Source of the DNA: Octopus vulgaris
Taxonomy: Eukaryota
Assembly (NCBI GenBank): GCA_951406725.2
Contig: OX597816.1
Span: 7,440,001 to 7,504,000 of the forward strand
Direction of reading: 5' to 3'
DNA length: 64,000 nucleotides
Shown here: piece by piece, positions 1 to 13,203 of the stretch
Position numbering within the stretch: the stretch's first letter is position 1
How the letters are laid out: each line of letters opens with the position of its first letter
The notes under the pieces: generated by a model
Database searches by the model: none
The model's input: only the letters and a program-made list of their open reading frames with translations
What the model was told of the DNA's origin: nothing
Program-made: the position numbers and the translations under genes

Positions 1-89
1 CAACAAGGTATTTGTTTTTGTATGCATGTATCTGTGTAGTAATTGGAGTCAGTAATGCATGTGTGTGTGTGTGTATGTATATATGTATT

Positions 90-646
90 ATGTCAGGTCA
101 CTTCGAGTGCTACTGGTAATATGTAACCCAGTACAACCTGTTGCATGGTCGGGTCGTCGGCGACTAAACCGGCAACCCCACCAAGCTTGCTTGGTGAGGA
201 GGGTGTTTATTGGACACCCCGCGGAATGAAAAACAAAACCCGTCAAAGGGCGGAGGAACTCTTGAGAGTCAACGGCCATCCAATAAATGTCTTAAGGCTG
301 TATCATGCGCGGGGACATAGAAATAATCGGACTGAATACCCGATCGCGCGGTTAAACCATTGGGAGTGAAGGACTCCTAGCCTTTGTTAGGGCATCCTTC
401 TGGGAGAAGGTAACTCAGGTAACTGGGATAACTCAGACATAAAACCTGCGGCTCAGTGGTTACCGATGATGTTGACTTGTTCTTCTTTTCGGATAATGGC
501 TGCTGTTGCTTAGTGAGTGGGATTGACTCAGTGCACAGCCTTTCTTCGCTTTAAAAAAAAATCTTCTTGCACAAGCATTGCACGATAACAACATTGATTA
601 AGCTTCGTGCAATGGCCATACTCGATAACGAGGAGGCAGCCACCAT
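90..646 (+). mobile_element. Non-autonomous retroelement, RTE-5'UTR-like, about 560 bp
   Basis: A near-identical second copy lies at 54216-54775. This copy ends ...gaggaggcagccaccat, followed by a (GTAT)n tail. The motif gggcatccttctgggagaaggtaactc resembles RTE-clade 5' UTRs; that family assignment is inference. Confidence 0.6.
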
Positions 647-701
647 GTATGTATGTATGTATGTATGTATGTATGTATGTATGTATGTATGTATGTATGT
701 A

Positions 702-732
<31 letters not shown>

Positions 733-903
733 ATGTATGTATGTATGTATGCATGTATGCATGTATGTATGTATGTATGCATGCATGCATGCATGTATGT
801 ATGTATGTATGTATGTATGTATGTATGTATGCATGCATGTATGTATGCATGTATGTATGCATGCATGCATGTATGTATGTATGTATGTATGTATGTATGT
901 ATT
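645..903. repeat. (GTAT)n/(GCAT)n microsatellite
   Basis: Tetranucleotide array visible directly. Confidence 0.95.
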
Positions 904-1287
904 TAACTTGTTGAATGGCGGATTGGAAGAATCATGAGAGCGTATGAGAAAATGCCTGACAATATTCTTTGTTCCAACTCTTTATCTTCTTAATTGAAAT
1001 CCTTTTGAAGTCATGCTCCTCCCTCTAGGGCTCAATATGCTCGACTATCCCCAGCTCCCATAAATTTCTGATCCTGCGCCTGCGTAAGATTCATATTTTC
1101 GACCAGCTACAACCACGAAGATTTTGTCAGTGGAAGGAGGACGGAAGCGATGTATATTTGAAGAACTCTGAGTCTAATGGGAAACGGGGAGGAAGTTTTG
1201 GTTTGACCTGGTCTAGATACTCCCATTAGAATGGACCCTGCTAAAACCAACGGAAGACCAAGTGATGCCTTAACCCTTATATATTGT

Positions 1288-1501
1288 AACTGGCAGAAAC
1301 GTTAGCACGCTGGGCGAAATGCGTAGCTGTATTTCGTCTGCCGTTACGTTCTGAGTTCAAATTCCGCCGAGGTCGACTTTGCCTTTCATCCTTTCGGGGC
1401 CGATAAATTAAGCACCAGTTACGCACTGGGGTCGACGTAATCCGTCTGTCTGTCCTTGTTTGTCCCCTCTGTGTTTAGCCTCTTGCGGGTAGTAAAGAAA
1501 T
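1288..1501 (+). mobile_element. tRNA-derived SINE, family B
   Basis: Head ctggcagaaacgttagc...gagttcaaattcc (A/B-box-like), central gtcgactttgcctttcatcctttcgggg, tail gtagtaaagaaata. Many copies in the window. Confidence 0.85.
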
Positions 1502-1610
1502 ATATATTGATTCAGTATTGTAAATACGTTCTAATATCTAGTTTTGCTTCATTTTAGTTCACTCGAGTCGACACTGTCATTCAGCAATTCAGACTTAGTA
1601 TAATACTTAC

Positions 1611-1717
1611 CAGTGAAATACCTTGAGCACTTCATTGACTCCATCTTTCTATTTTTGAGGATTTCTTTGATAGTTCAGAGATATCTGAACTAAATGACGC
1701 CATCTTGGTTGCTAAAT
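1611..1717 (-). other. Candidate exon of a minus-strand host transcript (UTR or first coding exon)
   Basis: Unique sequence bounded on the minus strand by ttgttctgtttag| and ACTG|gtaagt. All three frames from the acceptor contain a stop, but an internal ATG gives MESMKCSRYFT up to the donor. Confidence 0.35.
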
Positions 1718-2044
1718 CTAAACAGAACAATTTGTAGAATCAGCAGTGATTTAGTAGCAAACATAGATTTCCATAACGAAACCTTATTCAAAATATCAAG
1801 GGAACATATTTCCCTTCAAATCTCTTTGGTGAGTTTGATATTTCCTCAGGAAAATAAAATATATTTCTAAATGTAAACACGGTTTATCGCAGTCGACAGA
1901 AGTACCATATGTTTATGCTAGGATTTTTTTCGCTAATATTTATAATTTTCTGTTGAATATTTATAAAACTACATATCTCTCCCATTGTTAAATGTATGTT
2001 AACTTCCATCACAGTTGCGTTGCTATGTTTGTTTTCAAAAATAC

Positions 2045-2314
<270 letters not shown>

Positions 2315-2457
2315 TTTGGAGTTGAAGTAATTATCCTAGTTCCTGTCCCATTATCTGGGTTCAAGAATATGCAGAATACTTTTTTTAATATTTTTTACAT
2401 TTTCAGCGTTTGAGGTGGTTGTTCTGCGAATCGGGTCACGAAGTGAAAGACAGCTGC

Positions 2458-2812
2458 AATTAGTTAGTTAATTTTTGGCTCAAAAAGCAAAAAGCAAGGC
2501 CATGTAGGGGGTATGGAGTTATGTACAGGGTGGTGTTCATGTAAAGAGTTCAGGCCACTTGAGGTCAAGGGAGACTTTGAACAAAACGGTCGTCGGCATC
2601 TTCACCATCTCGTCTGGCAGCTTGTTCCACGGATCCGCAACCCGGACGGAGAAAGCCCCTCTCCTTCGATTGAGATGAAATCGTCGCAGATAGAGCTTTT
2701 CGGAATGACCCCGCAGCCGACGCTCTGGAGCAGGAGTGAAGAACAGCTCTTTCGAGAGGTTACACTTTCCGCTTATGATGTTGTGAGCAAGAATGAGATC
2801 ACCAATGTTTGA
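2458..2812 (-). mobile_element. CR1/L2-clade LINE 3' fragment
   Basis: Minus frame RGHSEKL...FSVRVADPWNKLP...LFKVSLD is the typical CR1 ORF2 C-terminus, followed by a 3'UTR and (TAAC)n-like tail. Confidence 0.85.
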
Positions 2813-3089
2813 GGATGAATCAGCGATGTAGATGATGATGATACATTTGTTGGTTAAACAAAGGAACGAATATCTCTGGAAGTTTCTAATCAAAATTATG
2901 TGCCACCAACAATTTTCCAATACCTGAGATAAACGAAGGCAAGGCGGCGATATGGGGGTTAGAACATTGTAGTTAGGGGTTGAAATAAACTGAAATTTGA
3001 ACACATACACACGCGCATGTTTACATACACATTCACAGATACATAAATTCTTTGTGGATCATGCATTTTCTTAGATTCGATTATTCGTC

Positions 3090-3179
3090 CACTTGGGCAA
3101 AGTGTCTTCTACTATACCCTCGGGCCGACTAAAGCCTTGTGAGTGGATTTGGTAGACGGAAACTGAAAGAAGTCCGTCG

Positions 3180-3239
<60 letters not shown>

Positions 3240-3440
3240 TCCCCCCGAACATCGTTTGATAACCGGTGCTGGTGTGTTTACGTCCCCGTTACTTAGCGGT
3301 TCGGCAAAAGAGACCGATAGAATAAGTACTGGGCTTACAAAAAGAATAAGTCCCGGGGTCGAGTTGCTCGACTAAAAGCGGTGCTCCAGCATGGCCGCAG
3401 TCAAATGACTGAAACAAGTAAAAGAGTAAAAGAGAATAAA
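3090..3440 (+). mobile_element. SINE family A (tRNA/CORE-like), 5'-truncated
   Basis: cttgggcaa CORE-like motif, internal (TA)(TG) tract, tail gcggtgctccagcatggccgcagtcaaatgactgaaac. Confidence 0.85.
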
Positions 3441-3549
3441 AAAAAAATCATTGATATAAATTCATTGATTAATAAACATTGATGTTTCATTCAGGCAAAT
3501 GCATACAAGGGACTGCAGAAAGACCTCCCAGTCTTGTCGTTCCGATATA

Positions 3550-3950
3550 TCTTCTTTATATATAAAAGTCAAGTCGTGTGTCTGTCTCCTACGATTTAGA
3601 TTCCTAAGTACTCCCACATTTTGCGGTGCAGTTTAACCAAAACCGGGTATCTTATAGTCGTGATTCATATCGAGCCCTTCTGGGTATTAGCGCGCGTCTA
3701 CGATGAGTCTACGATTTAAAAAAAAATTTACCATCATTTTTTTCCATTTTAATGCATTTTTTCGCTATTATATAAGGGAAGTAACTCTCTAAAAATGTCT
3801 ACGATGAGTCAACGATTTAAAAAAAAATTTACCATCATTTTTTTTCCATTTTTAATGCATTTTTTTGCTATTTTTGGGCTATAACTCTCTAAAAATGCTT
3901 ATATAGTTATTTCCCTTACAAACCCGAGCAACGCCGGGCAATACTACTAG
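3550..3950 (+). mobile_element. Non-autonomous Helitron
   Basis: 5' TC, 3' hairpin cccgagcaacgccggg followed by CTAG, inserted between A and T with no TSD. Has an internal partial duplication. Confidence 0.8.
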
Positions 3951-4296
3951 TATTAAGTAAAAAGTTAGGTCTTCATTTAGCTCATGTTTTACTGTTACCA
4001 TTATGGTTTAAACCATTCACATCGTGCGTTTGACAATCTGTCAAATGTAGGAGGCTTTCTTGCCGCGCCTTTTCTCGGTCAAAAATATAAAAAAATTTCT
4101 AATTTGTTACAAGAGCCGCAGTTCTGGCTGTGTTATTAAGATCAAGAGTTCAAATAATTGCTATCGATATTGTGCTTTACCATTTCCTTTACATATTTTC
4201 GGCCATTGAATTGTGTCCAAGCTGGGGCTTTGTTTTTCTAAAAAAAAAAGTCTGGTACTTATTCCATTAGGCATTTTGCCGAACTGCTAAGTTACG

Positions 4297-4744
4297 GTGA
4301 AAATATTTCTCTTATGGTAAAAAGGTGTGAAAAACCCCCGGTTTGTTGAGTGTCGCCATCTAGCAGGAATTCCAAGCATCGATGCTTCGAATTTTTTTGA
4401 CGCCATATTAACTGCAGAGTATTTGCCTTTTAGCAGATGAAATATATCACAAACCTATTTTAGCTAACCTAAATTTTGCTTATGACTAAACACTTTTTTG
4501 CGCTAACATTTCATTATTTTCCTCCATCGGGCGATCTACCGACGCAAATCAGTCAACGTTGTTGACTGAGTTTTGCATAAAGCTATTGTTTTATAAGTTT
4601 ATTCAAAGTTTCCTCTCTTAGGTACATCCCATTGACGAGTCAAAAATCTCGAAACATCGATGCCTGGGATTCTTGATAGATGGCGACACTGAATACACCG
4701 GATGTCTTCACACCTTTTTATCATAAGAGAGATATTTTCTCCAC
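4297..4744. mobile_element. MITE/foldback with about 105-bp imperfect inverted repeats
   Basis: 4297-4402 (aaaaaggtgtgaa...agtgtcgccatcta...gcatcgatg) is the reverse complement of 4638-4744. Confidence 0.7.
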
Positions 4745-4835
4745 GGCGACTGCAGAGAATTTGCCTTTTAGCAGTTGAAATACGTCACAAACATATTTTA
4801 AGTACCTAAATTTTGCTTATATATATGTATATATA

Positions 4836-4879
<44 letters not shown>

Positions 4880-4927
4880 CATATTGGACCGTTGAACTCT
4901 GCATATTTTTTTTCTCTCTCTCTCTCT

Positions 4928-5318
4928 CTTTTACTTGTTTCAGTCATTTGACTGTGGCCATGCTGGAGCACCGCCTTTAGTCGAGCAAATAGACCCAGGA
5001 CTTATTGTTTGTAAGCCCAGTACTTATTATATCTTTTGCCGAACCGCTAAGTTACGGGGACGTAAACACACCAGCATCGGTTGTCAAGCGATGTTGGGGG
5101 GGGACAAACACAGACATACAAACGTATACACACGCATACATATATATATATACATATATACGACGGGCGTGTTTCAGTTTCCGTCTACCAAATCCACTCA
5201 CGATGCTTTGGTCTGCCCGAGGCTATAGTAGAAGAGACTTGCCCAAGGTGCCACGCATCGGACTGAACCCGGAACCATGTGGCTGGTAAGCAAGCTACTT
5301 ACCACACAGCCATTCCTA
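4928..5318 (-). mobile_element. SINE family A, full length
   Basis: Reverse complement of the family A consensus from head to tail. Confidence 0.9.
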
Positions 5319-5489
5319 CGTCTTTTTTTTTCATTATGGCTCCACTTTTTTCCTCATAATCTTTTCGTCGAAGAGCGTTGGCTCGAAACCCAAAAGACTT
5401 TTCCACTTTTCCTGAGAGTCAAACTAGTACACCTGCTTGTTGATCCTATACCTGTCTTTGTCTTTCGTTTGCTGTAAATTTGAACTATA

Positions 5490-5773
5490 TGATGCAGATA
5501 AGGAAATAATTTTAATCTCAAACGTAGGATAATGCTAATAATATAGCACGAACAGGATAAACTATCCATATTTTGCAGAAAAATCTGTCGGCGGCCAGCT
5601 ATGAGTCTTGACTCACATCCCTGTGATTACGCATCAAGTGCTTTACCATTAAGCTAAACTCTCTCAACGAGAAATTCTTCTGCAAATTTAGGACATATAA
5701 ATCTAGCTTTGTAAGATGCTATATTATAAGCATTATCCTGCGTTTGAGATTAAAATTATTTCCTTATCTGTAT
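5490..5773. mobile_element. Foldback element enclosing a tRNA-like remnant
   Basis: cagataaggaaataattttaatctcaaacg at the left is inverted at the right (cgtttgagattaaaattatttccttatctg). The minus strand of 5591-5656 is tRNA-like. Confidence 0.65.
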
Positions 5774-5835
5774 CTTTCAATACATCTCAACACTTCTAAA
5801 GCAAACTTTGTTGACTTTCAACCTAAGTTGAATTT

Positions 5836-5902
<67 letters not shown>

Positions 5903-6005
5903 GCACGCACGCACGCACATATATATATATATATATATGGCGCTAAGCATTTTGCCCGGCATGCTAAAGAATCTGCCAGCTCGCTGCCTTGTATATATAT
6001 ATATG

Positions 6006-6300
<295 letters not shown>

Positions 6301-6386
6301 AAGGGTGAAAAGGAACACACGAGTTGATATATATGAAAAAACAAGGCAAAATAGAAAATGCTAAAATAATTTTATAAAGAACATTT

Positions 6387-6424
6387 CAGTACCGGTTTCG
6401 GTCATTTTGAGACCTTTTCAACTG
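6387..6424 (-). ncRNA. Minimal hammerhead-ribozyme-like motif (variant core)
   Basis: Minus strand reads CAG TTGAAAA GGTC tcaaaat GACC GAAA CCGG TA CTG. It has stems I and II and a palindromic stem III, but the core deviates from CUGANGA. Confidence 0.5.
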
Positions 6425-6777
6425 TAACGATTAAATAATTAAATTTAGAAAAATTAAAAGAAAAGTTTTTTTAAAGGAATATTTGTATAGTGTTCAAATA
6501 TAAGTGGCATTCTGCCTTTCTCTGTCTCCCTTGTTTGCACTTGTGTGTTCGAGGCCGTTGTGAATTCTTGGTAGGGTTGAAGAAGAAGAAGGTTGATGAG
6601 GAGAGGGGGTGGAAAAATTTGGGAGTGCCTTGATGGTCGTATTTTGAATGGTCAGTGGCGGCTAGCAGTTGCAGTTCAATTCAGGAGAATATTTCTATTG
6701 AAAGGTTTGTTTATGGAATTTGCGTAGGTGTTATACTAAAAAGCATTAGTGATAAAGTTAAGAGGTAGGAGGTGGAG

Positions 6778-6858
6778 AAAAAGAAGAAGAAGAAGAAGAA
6801 GAAGAAGAAGAAGAAGAAGAAGAAGAAGAAGAAGAAGAAGAAGAAGAAGAAGATGATG

Positions 6859-6889
<31 letters not shown>

Positions 6890-6945
6890 CGACGATGATG
6901 ATAATGATGATGATGAAGAAGAAGAGGAAGAAGAAGAAAAAAGAG
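6778..6945. repeat. (AAG)n/(ATG)n microsatellite
   Basis: Visible directly. Confidence 0.9.
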
Positions 6946-8728
6946 AAGGGAGAATATGCATGGGTGAAAGTAGTGAGGTGTTGTATGACTTGAAGTTGGC
7001 ACGTTATGGATTATAGCTGTGATTGGGGCTGATTTGTAATGGATTCTTTGGAATGTAATATTTGTGTGTGTATTTCTTTTATTCTAAAGTTGAGGTATAT
7101 TAATCGTTTGTCGTAGACCCGTTAAGAAGTGGCCTGTATTTTGTAATAAAGAGAGTTTCTTTACTTATTCGTTGTCTCGAGATTGTATCGTCCCTAAATT
7201 GGTAGAGGGGGAAAATCCTGAAGCCTGGTGTTTTGTTGTTGGCGCAAGTATCTATGTGTTGGCTGAAAGCTATTTTTCTGTTTTGGGGTATTTTTATCTG
7301 GGATCTGTGCAGGGCCATTCTTTTACGCAAACTATTTTTTGTTTGGCCTATGTACTGCTCTTGACACCCGGAGCAGGTTAGTGAGTATATTAGGTTCTCC
7401 GAAGCACATGTGAAGTTGCTTTTCACTGTAAACCGTTGTCCCTGTTTGAAGGAGAACTCTGATCCCTCAATTAGATAGTCGCATATCCCGCAATTGGGTC
7501 TTCCACATTTTTTTACTGTCGGCTTCTGTGTTGAAGAGTGTATTCGGGCTGAACCTTTCCTCCGGAGTCGTTGACCTAGTGGCAAAATTTGAGACTAGTA
7601 ATTAGAACTGTTTGCCATTGGAATGCATTGTGTAATTTCACGCTGTGTTGGCCATTTCTTAAACGCTTTGGTTTTCGTTGTTTCAGAATGTCTCCTTCGC
7701 TTAACTTCGTCTCGACAAATGAACGGTTAAGACCTGTGTTTTCGACTCTGAAGACAATAAAACTATGTATCTAATGAATAAGTCATGTGTAACTACACGA
7801 AGCAGGTAATTATATCTGCTTCATTTTGACCGAACCATGACGAATAAACACAAGATCAGCGAGTCTTACAATGGATAAAGAGAATATGAACTCTACAGAA
7901 ATTTCGAGATAGTCATTAACGTTATGACTCCTTTGTTGCCTTTGAATGCAATAATTACTTTCAATGACATAAATATGTAAACGAATACAAGTGTGCTTGC
8001 TGCGGCATGTTTATAGGGCGTTTCTGAGTGGATTTCTTTATTTTGTTAGTAAAAGAGCTGTCCAGTCTGTGAACAGTATCGACTTCGCTGGAATATGTGG
8101 AATAAATTGCTACGTAATGTGAAAGTGTAACATGAGAGTCGTTAGGCGACTTCGTCATGGCAGATCGACGTCGGCAAACCGCTTTGGAGAACAACAGAAT
8201 AATATTTTTTCTTTTTTTTTTGGAGTAAACAATGTATGTGTGTGTATGTGCATGTGCATGCGTGCGTGTGTGTGTGTGTGTGTGTGTGTGCGTGCGTGTG
8301 TGTGTGTGCGTACATATAAAAAAAACACTTTTTCTTTTATTCAAGCTATCACAAAACATGTCGCACATAAATAAAGATATAAATAGGATTGGTGACACTA
8401 GTAGTATAATATTGTTTACCCTCTGTCAGATATTTCACAATATCATTTTATCTGATGATTTAATTATAATAAAAGTGTCCGTGTTGATCTCTAACACGTA
8501 TATTAAACTCTGATATTCAATTTCCTAAAAAAATATTGAAATATTCAATTAAAAAACGTACGGTTTGTATTTCTTTTCCGAGTCAATAAAGTACTGTACT
8601 CCTCTACTGTATATATACACCTTGCCGTATACATATACTTTGATGTATATATAAACCTTGCTAAGAACATACACCTTGCTTTATATATACATGTCGTGTG
8701 TATACAAGTTAAAGTAAGTTTACATACA

Positions 8729-8772
8729 CAAGGATGACACGCAAATTCGTGAAGCGTTCCATATTTTTTTTT
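8729..8772 (+). pseudogene. RNU6: U6 snRNA 3' fragment
   Basis: caaggatgacacgcaaattcgtgaagcgttccatattttt matches the 3' ~40 nt of metazoan U6. The 5' part (ACAGAGA box) is absent. Confidence 0.9.
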
Positions 8773-8777
8773 ATAAG

Positions 8778-8928
8778 CGCAGGCGTGGTAAGTAGCTTGC
8801 TTACCAAGCACATGGTACCGGTTTCAGTCCCACTGTGTGGTACCTTGGGCAAGTGTCTTCTACTATAGCCTCAGAGCTACCAAACCTTGTAAGTGGATTT
8901 GGTAGACGGGAACTGAAAGAAGTCCTTC

Positions 8929-8986
<58 letters not shown>

Positions 8987-9019
8987 TTGTATGTATGTAT
9001 GTATGTATGTATGTATGTA

Positions 9020-9067
<48 letters not shown>

Positions 9068-9252
9068 TCCCTCCAACATCGCTTGACAACCGATGCTGGT
9101 GTGTTAGCGCTCCCATAACTTAGCGGCTCGGTAAAAGACACCGATAGAATAGGTACTAGGCTTACAAAAACTAAGTCCTGAGGTCGATTCGTTCAACTAA
9201 AGGCGGTGCTCCAGCAAGGCCGCAGTCAAGTGACTGAAGCAAGTAAAAGAAT
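8778..9252 (+). mobile_element. SINE family A
   Basis: Head gtggtaagtagcttgc...cagtccc, CORE-like ccttgggcaagt, family tail. Confidence 0.9.
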
Positions 9253-9409
9253 ATACCGACAGGGAGCAGTGAGGGCGACAGGTGTCTCTGACTAAATTGC
9301 TCTCAGTTTTTTCCTTTCATGAAGTTGAAAGTTTCTGTGACGGCCCACGACCTTGTGGTATAAAAAGGGATCGAACTATTGCGTTTGTGGAAATATTCTA
9401 CTGTTACAT

Positions 9410-11366
9410 ATTCTTTTCTACTCTAGACACAAGGCCCGAAATTTTGAGGGAGGGGTCAGTCGATTAGATCGTCCCCAGTATGTAACTGGTACTTAATTTA
9501 TAGTCCCCAAAAGGACGAAAGGCAAAGTCGACCTCAGAGGAATTTGAACTCAGAACGTAAAAACAGACGAAATACCTATTTCTTTACTACCCACAAGGGG
9601 CTAAACACAGAGAGGACAAACAAGGACAGACAAACGGATTAAGTCGATTAATTCGACCGCAGTGCGTCACTGGTACTTAATTTATCGATCCCCGATAGAA
9701 TGAAAGGCAAAGTCGACCTCAGAGGAATTTGAACTCAGAACGTAACGGCAGACGAAATACTACTAAGCATTTCACCCAACATGCTAACGTTCCTGCCAGC
9801 TCGCCGCTTTAATAATATTCTTTTCTCCCTTAGGCACAAGGCCCGAAATTTTGTGGGAGGGAGCCAGTCGATTAGATCGACCCTAGTACGAAACTGGTAC
9901 CTAATTTATCGACCCCGAAAGAACGAAAGGCAAAGTCGACCTCAGAGGAATTTGAACTCAGAACGTAACGGCAGACGAAATACTACTAAGCATTTCGCCC
10001 GGCATGCTAACGTTCCTGCCAGCTCGCCGCTTTAATAATATTCTTTTCTCCTTTAGGCACAAGGCCCGGAATTTTGTGGGAGGGAGCCAGTCGATTAGAT
10101 CGACCCTAGTACGAAACTGGTACCTAATTTATCGACCCCGAAAGAACGAAAGGCAAAGTCGACCTCAGAGGAATTTGAACTCAGAACGTAACGGCAGACG
10201 AAATACTACTAAGCATTTCACCCAACATGCTAACGTTCCTGCCAGCTCGCTGCTTTAATAATATTCTTTTCTCCTTTAGGCACAAGGCCCGGAATTTTGT
10301 GGGAGGGAGCCAGTCGATTAGATCGACCCTAGTACGAAACTGGTACCTAATTTATCGACCCCGAAAGAACGAAAGGCAAAGTCGACCTCAGAGGAATTTG
10401 AACTCAGAACGTAACGGCAGACGAAATACTACTAAGCATTTCGCCCGGCATGCTAACGTTCCTGCCAGCTCGCCGCTTTAATAATATTCTTTCTCCCTTA
10501 GGCACAAGGCCCGAAATTTTGTGGGAGGGAACCAGTCGATTAGATCGACCCTAGTACGAAACTGGTACCTAATTTATCGACCCCGAAAGAACGAAAGGCA
10601 AAGTCGACCTCAGAGGAATTTGAACTCAGAACGTAACGGCAGACGAAATACTACTAAGCATTTCGCCCGGCATGCTAACGTTCCTGCCAGCTCGCTGCTT
10701 TAATAATATTCTTTTCTCCTTTAGGCACAAGGCCCGGAATTTTGTGGGAGGGAGCCAGTCGATTAGATCGACCCTAGTACGAAACTGGTACCTAATTTAT
10801 CGATCCCGAAAGGATGAAAAGCAAAGTCAACCTCGGTGGAATTTGAACTCAAACCTAAAGACAGCTGAAATAACGCTAAGCATTTCGTCCGGCATGCTAA
10901 CGTTTCTGCCAGCTCGCCGCTTTAATAATATTCTTTTCTCCCTTAGGCACAAGGCCCGGAATTTTGTGGGAGGGAACCAGTCGATTAGATCGACCCTAGT
11001 ACGAAACTGGTACCTAATTTATCGATCCCGAAAGGATGAAAGGCCAAGTCAACCTCGGTGGAATTTGAACTCAAACCTAAAGACAGCTGAAATAACGCTA
11101 AGCATTTCGTCCGGCATGCTAACGTTTCTGCCAGCTCGCCGCTTTAATAATATTCTTTTCTCCCTTAGGCACAAGGCCCGGAATTTTGTGGGAGGGAACC
11201 AGTCGATTAGATCGACCCTAGTACGAAACTGGTACCTAATTTATCGATCCCGAAAGGATGAAAGGCCAAGTCAACCTCGGTGGAATTTGAACTCAAACCT
11301 AAAGACAGATGAAATAACGCTAAGCATTTCGTCCGGCATGCTAACGTTTCTGCCAGCTCGCCGCCT
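9410..11366 (-). repeat. Tandem array of SINE family B (222-223 bp unit, about 8 units plus a partial)
   Basis: atgctaacg recurs at 9781, 10004, 10227, 10450, 10672, 10894, 11116 and 11338. Confidence 0.92.
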
Positions 11367-11632
11367 TATTCTACTGTTACAGATTCTGAGACTTCAAGGA
11401 TGTTCTAGAAATTGGTTAGAATTATTTTTTATTGCAGCATCCATCGGTTTATTTATGTGAGAAGTGAAGAAGACTGCTAAGTTTATGCTGAGTTCCTTGA
11501 CGCTTCTACGTAGATAACATTAATTATTTACATTTGAATTGAACAGATTGTTTCAATTAAATACAAACTGGATAAGGGAACAACTTGCGTATAAAATTTC
11601 AAAATAAACGCATAAAGTTTGAAGGCACGTAC

Positions 11633-12660
11633 GTGCGTGCACACACACATATACACCCACACGTGCACACACACATATACACCCACACGTGCACACACAC
11701 ATATACACCCACACGTGCACACACACATATACACCCACACGTGCACACACACATATACACCCACACGTGCACACACACATATACACCCACACGTGCACGC
11801 ACACATATACACCCACACGTGTACACACACATATACACCCACACGTGCACACACACATATACACCCACACGTGCACGCACACATATACACCCACACGTGC
11901 ACACACACATATACACCCACACGTGCACACACACATATACACCCACACGTGCACACACACATATACACCCACACGTGCACACACACATATACACCCACAC
12001 GTGCACGCACACATATACACCCACACGTGTACACACACATATACACCCACACGTGCACACACACATATACACCCACACGTGCACACACACATATACACCC
12101 ACACGTGCACACACACATATACACCCACACGTGCACGCACACATATACACCCACACGTGCACGCACACATATACACCCACACGTGTACACACACATATAC
12201 ACCCACACGTGCACACACACATATACACCCACACGTGCACACACACATATACACCCACACGTGCACACACACATATACACCCACACGTGCACGCACACAT
12301 ATACACCCACACGTGCACACACACATATACACCCACACGTGCACACACACATATACACCCACACGTGCACGCACACATATACACCCACACGTGCACGCAC
12401 ACATATACACCCACACGTGCACACACACATATACACCCACACGTGCACGCACACATATACACCCACACGTGCACACACACATATACACCCACACGTGCAC
12501 GCACACATATACACCCACACGTGCACACACACATATACACCCACACGTGCACGCACACATATGCACCCACACGTGCACGCACACATATACACCCACACGT
12601 GCACAACACATATACACCCACACGTGCACACACACATATACACCCACACGTGCACGCACA
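11633..12660. repeat. 26-bp minisatellite (cacacgtgcacacacacatatacacc), about 39 copies
   Basis: The 26-nt period is visible directly. Confidence 0.95.
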
Positions 12661-12793
12661 CATCTACTCTCACACACATGCACGCTCACATACATGCACA
12701 CACACACACACACACACACTTACACATGGACGCACACACACACACACATGCGCTCTCACATGCACACAAACAACTGATCGTATACTCTTCCAC

Positions 12794-13203
12794 TCTTTTA
12801 CTTGTTTCGGCCATGTGACTGTGGCCATGCTGGAGCACCGCCTTTTTTAGTCGAGCAAATCGACCCCAGGACTTACTCTTTGTAAGCCTAGTACTTATTC
12901 TATCGGTCTCTTTTGCCGAACCGCTAAGTTACGGGGACGTAAACACACCAGCATCGGTTGTCAAGCGATGTTGGGGGGACAAACACAGACACACAAACAT
13001 ACATTCCCCCCCACACACACACATATATATACATATATACGACGGGCTTCTTTCAGTTTCCGTCTACCGATTCCACTCACAAGGTTTTGGTCGGCCCGAG
13101 GCTACAGTAGAAGACACTTGCCCAAGGTGCCACACAGTGAAACTGAACCCGAAACTATGTGGTTGGTAAGCAAGCTACTTACCACACAGCCACTCCGACG
13201 CCT
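12794..13203 (-). mobile_element. SINE family A
   Basis: Full-length reverse copy. Confidence 0.9.

Larger units (their letters stand above)
6300..7560 (-). mobile_element. Penelope-like element 3' fragment (GIY-YIG endonuclease plus tail)
   Basis: Minus ORF 7100-7585: CGRPNCGIC...FTCASENLIYSLTCSGCQEQYIGQT...LRKRMALH (Cys motif plus GIY-YIG). The downstream tail carries a hammerhead-like motif. Confidence 0.85.

Noticed and set aside
528-937. ORFs such as MYVCMYVC/HTYI here and in other simple repeats (11528-12850, 38261-40000, 45165-47581, 24894-26134)
   Set aside because: They are translations of stop-free microsatellites, open in multiple frames and on both strands.
9781-11460. Repeated 84-aa and 262-aa ORFs
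   Set aside because: They are antisense translations of the tandem SINE array.
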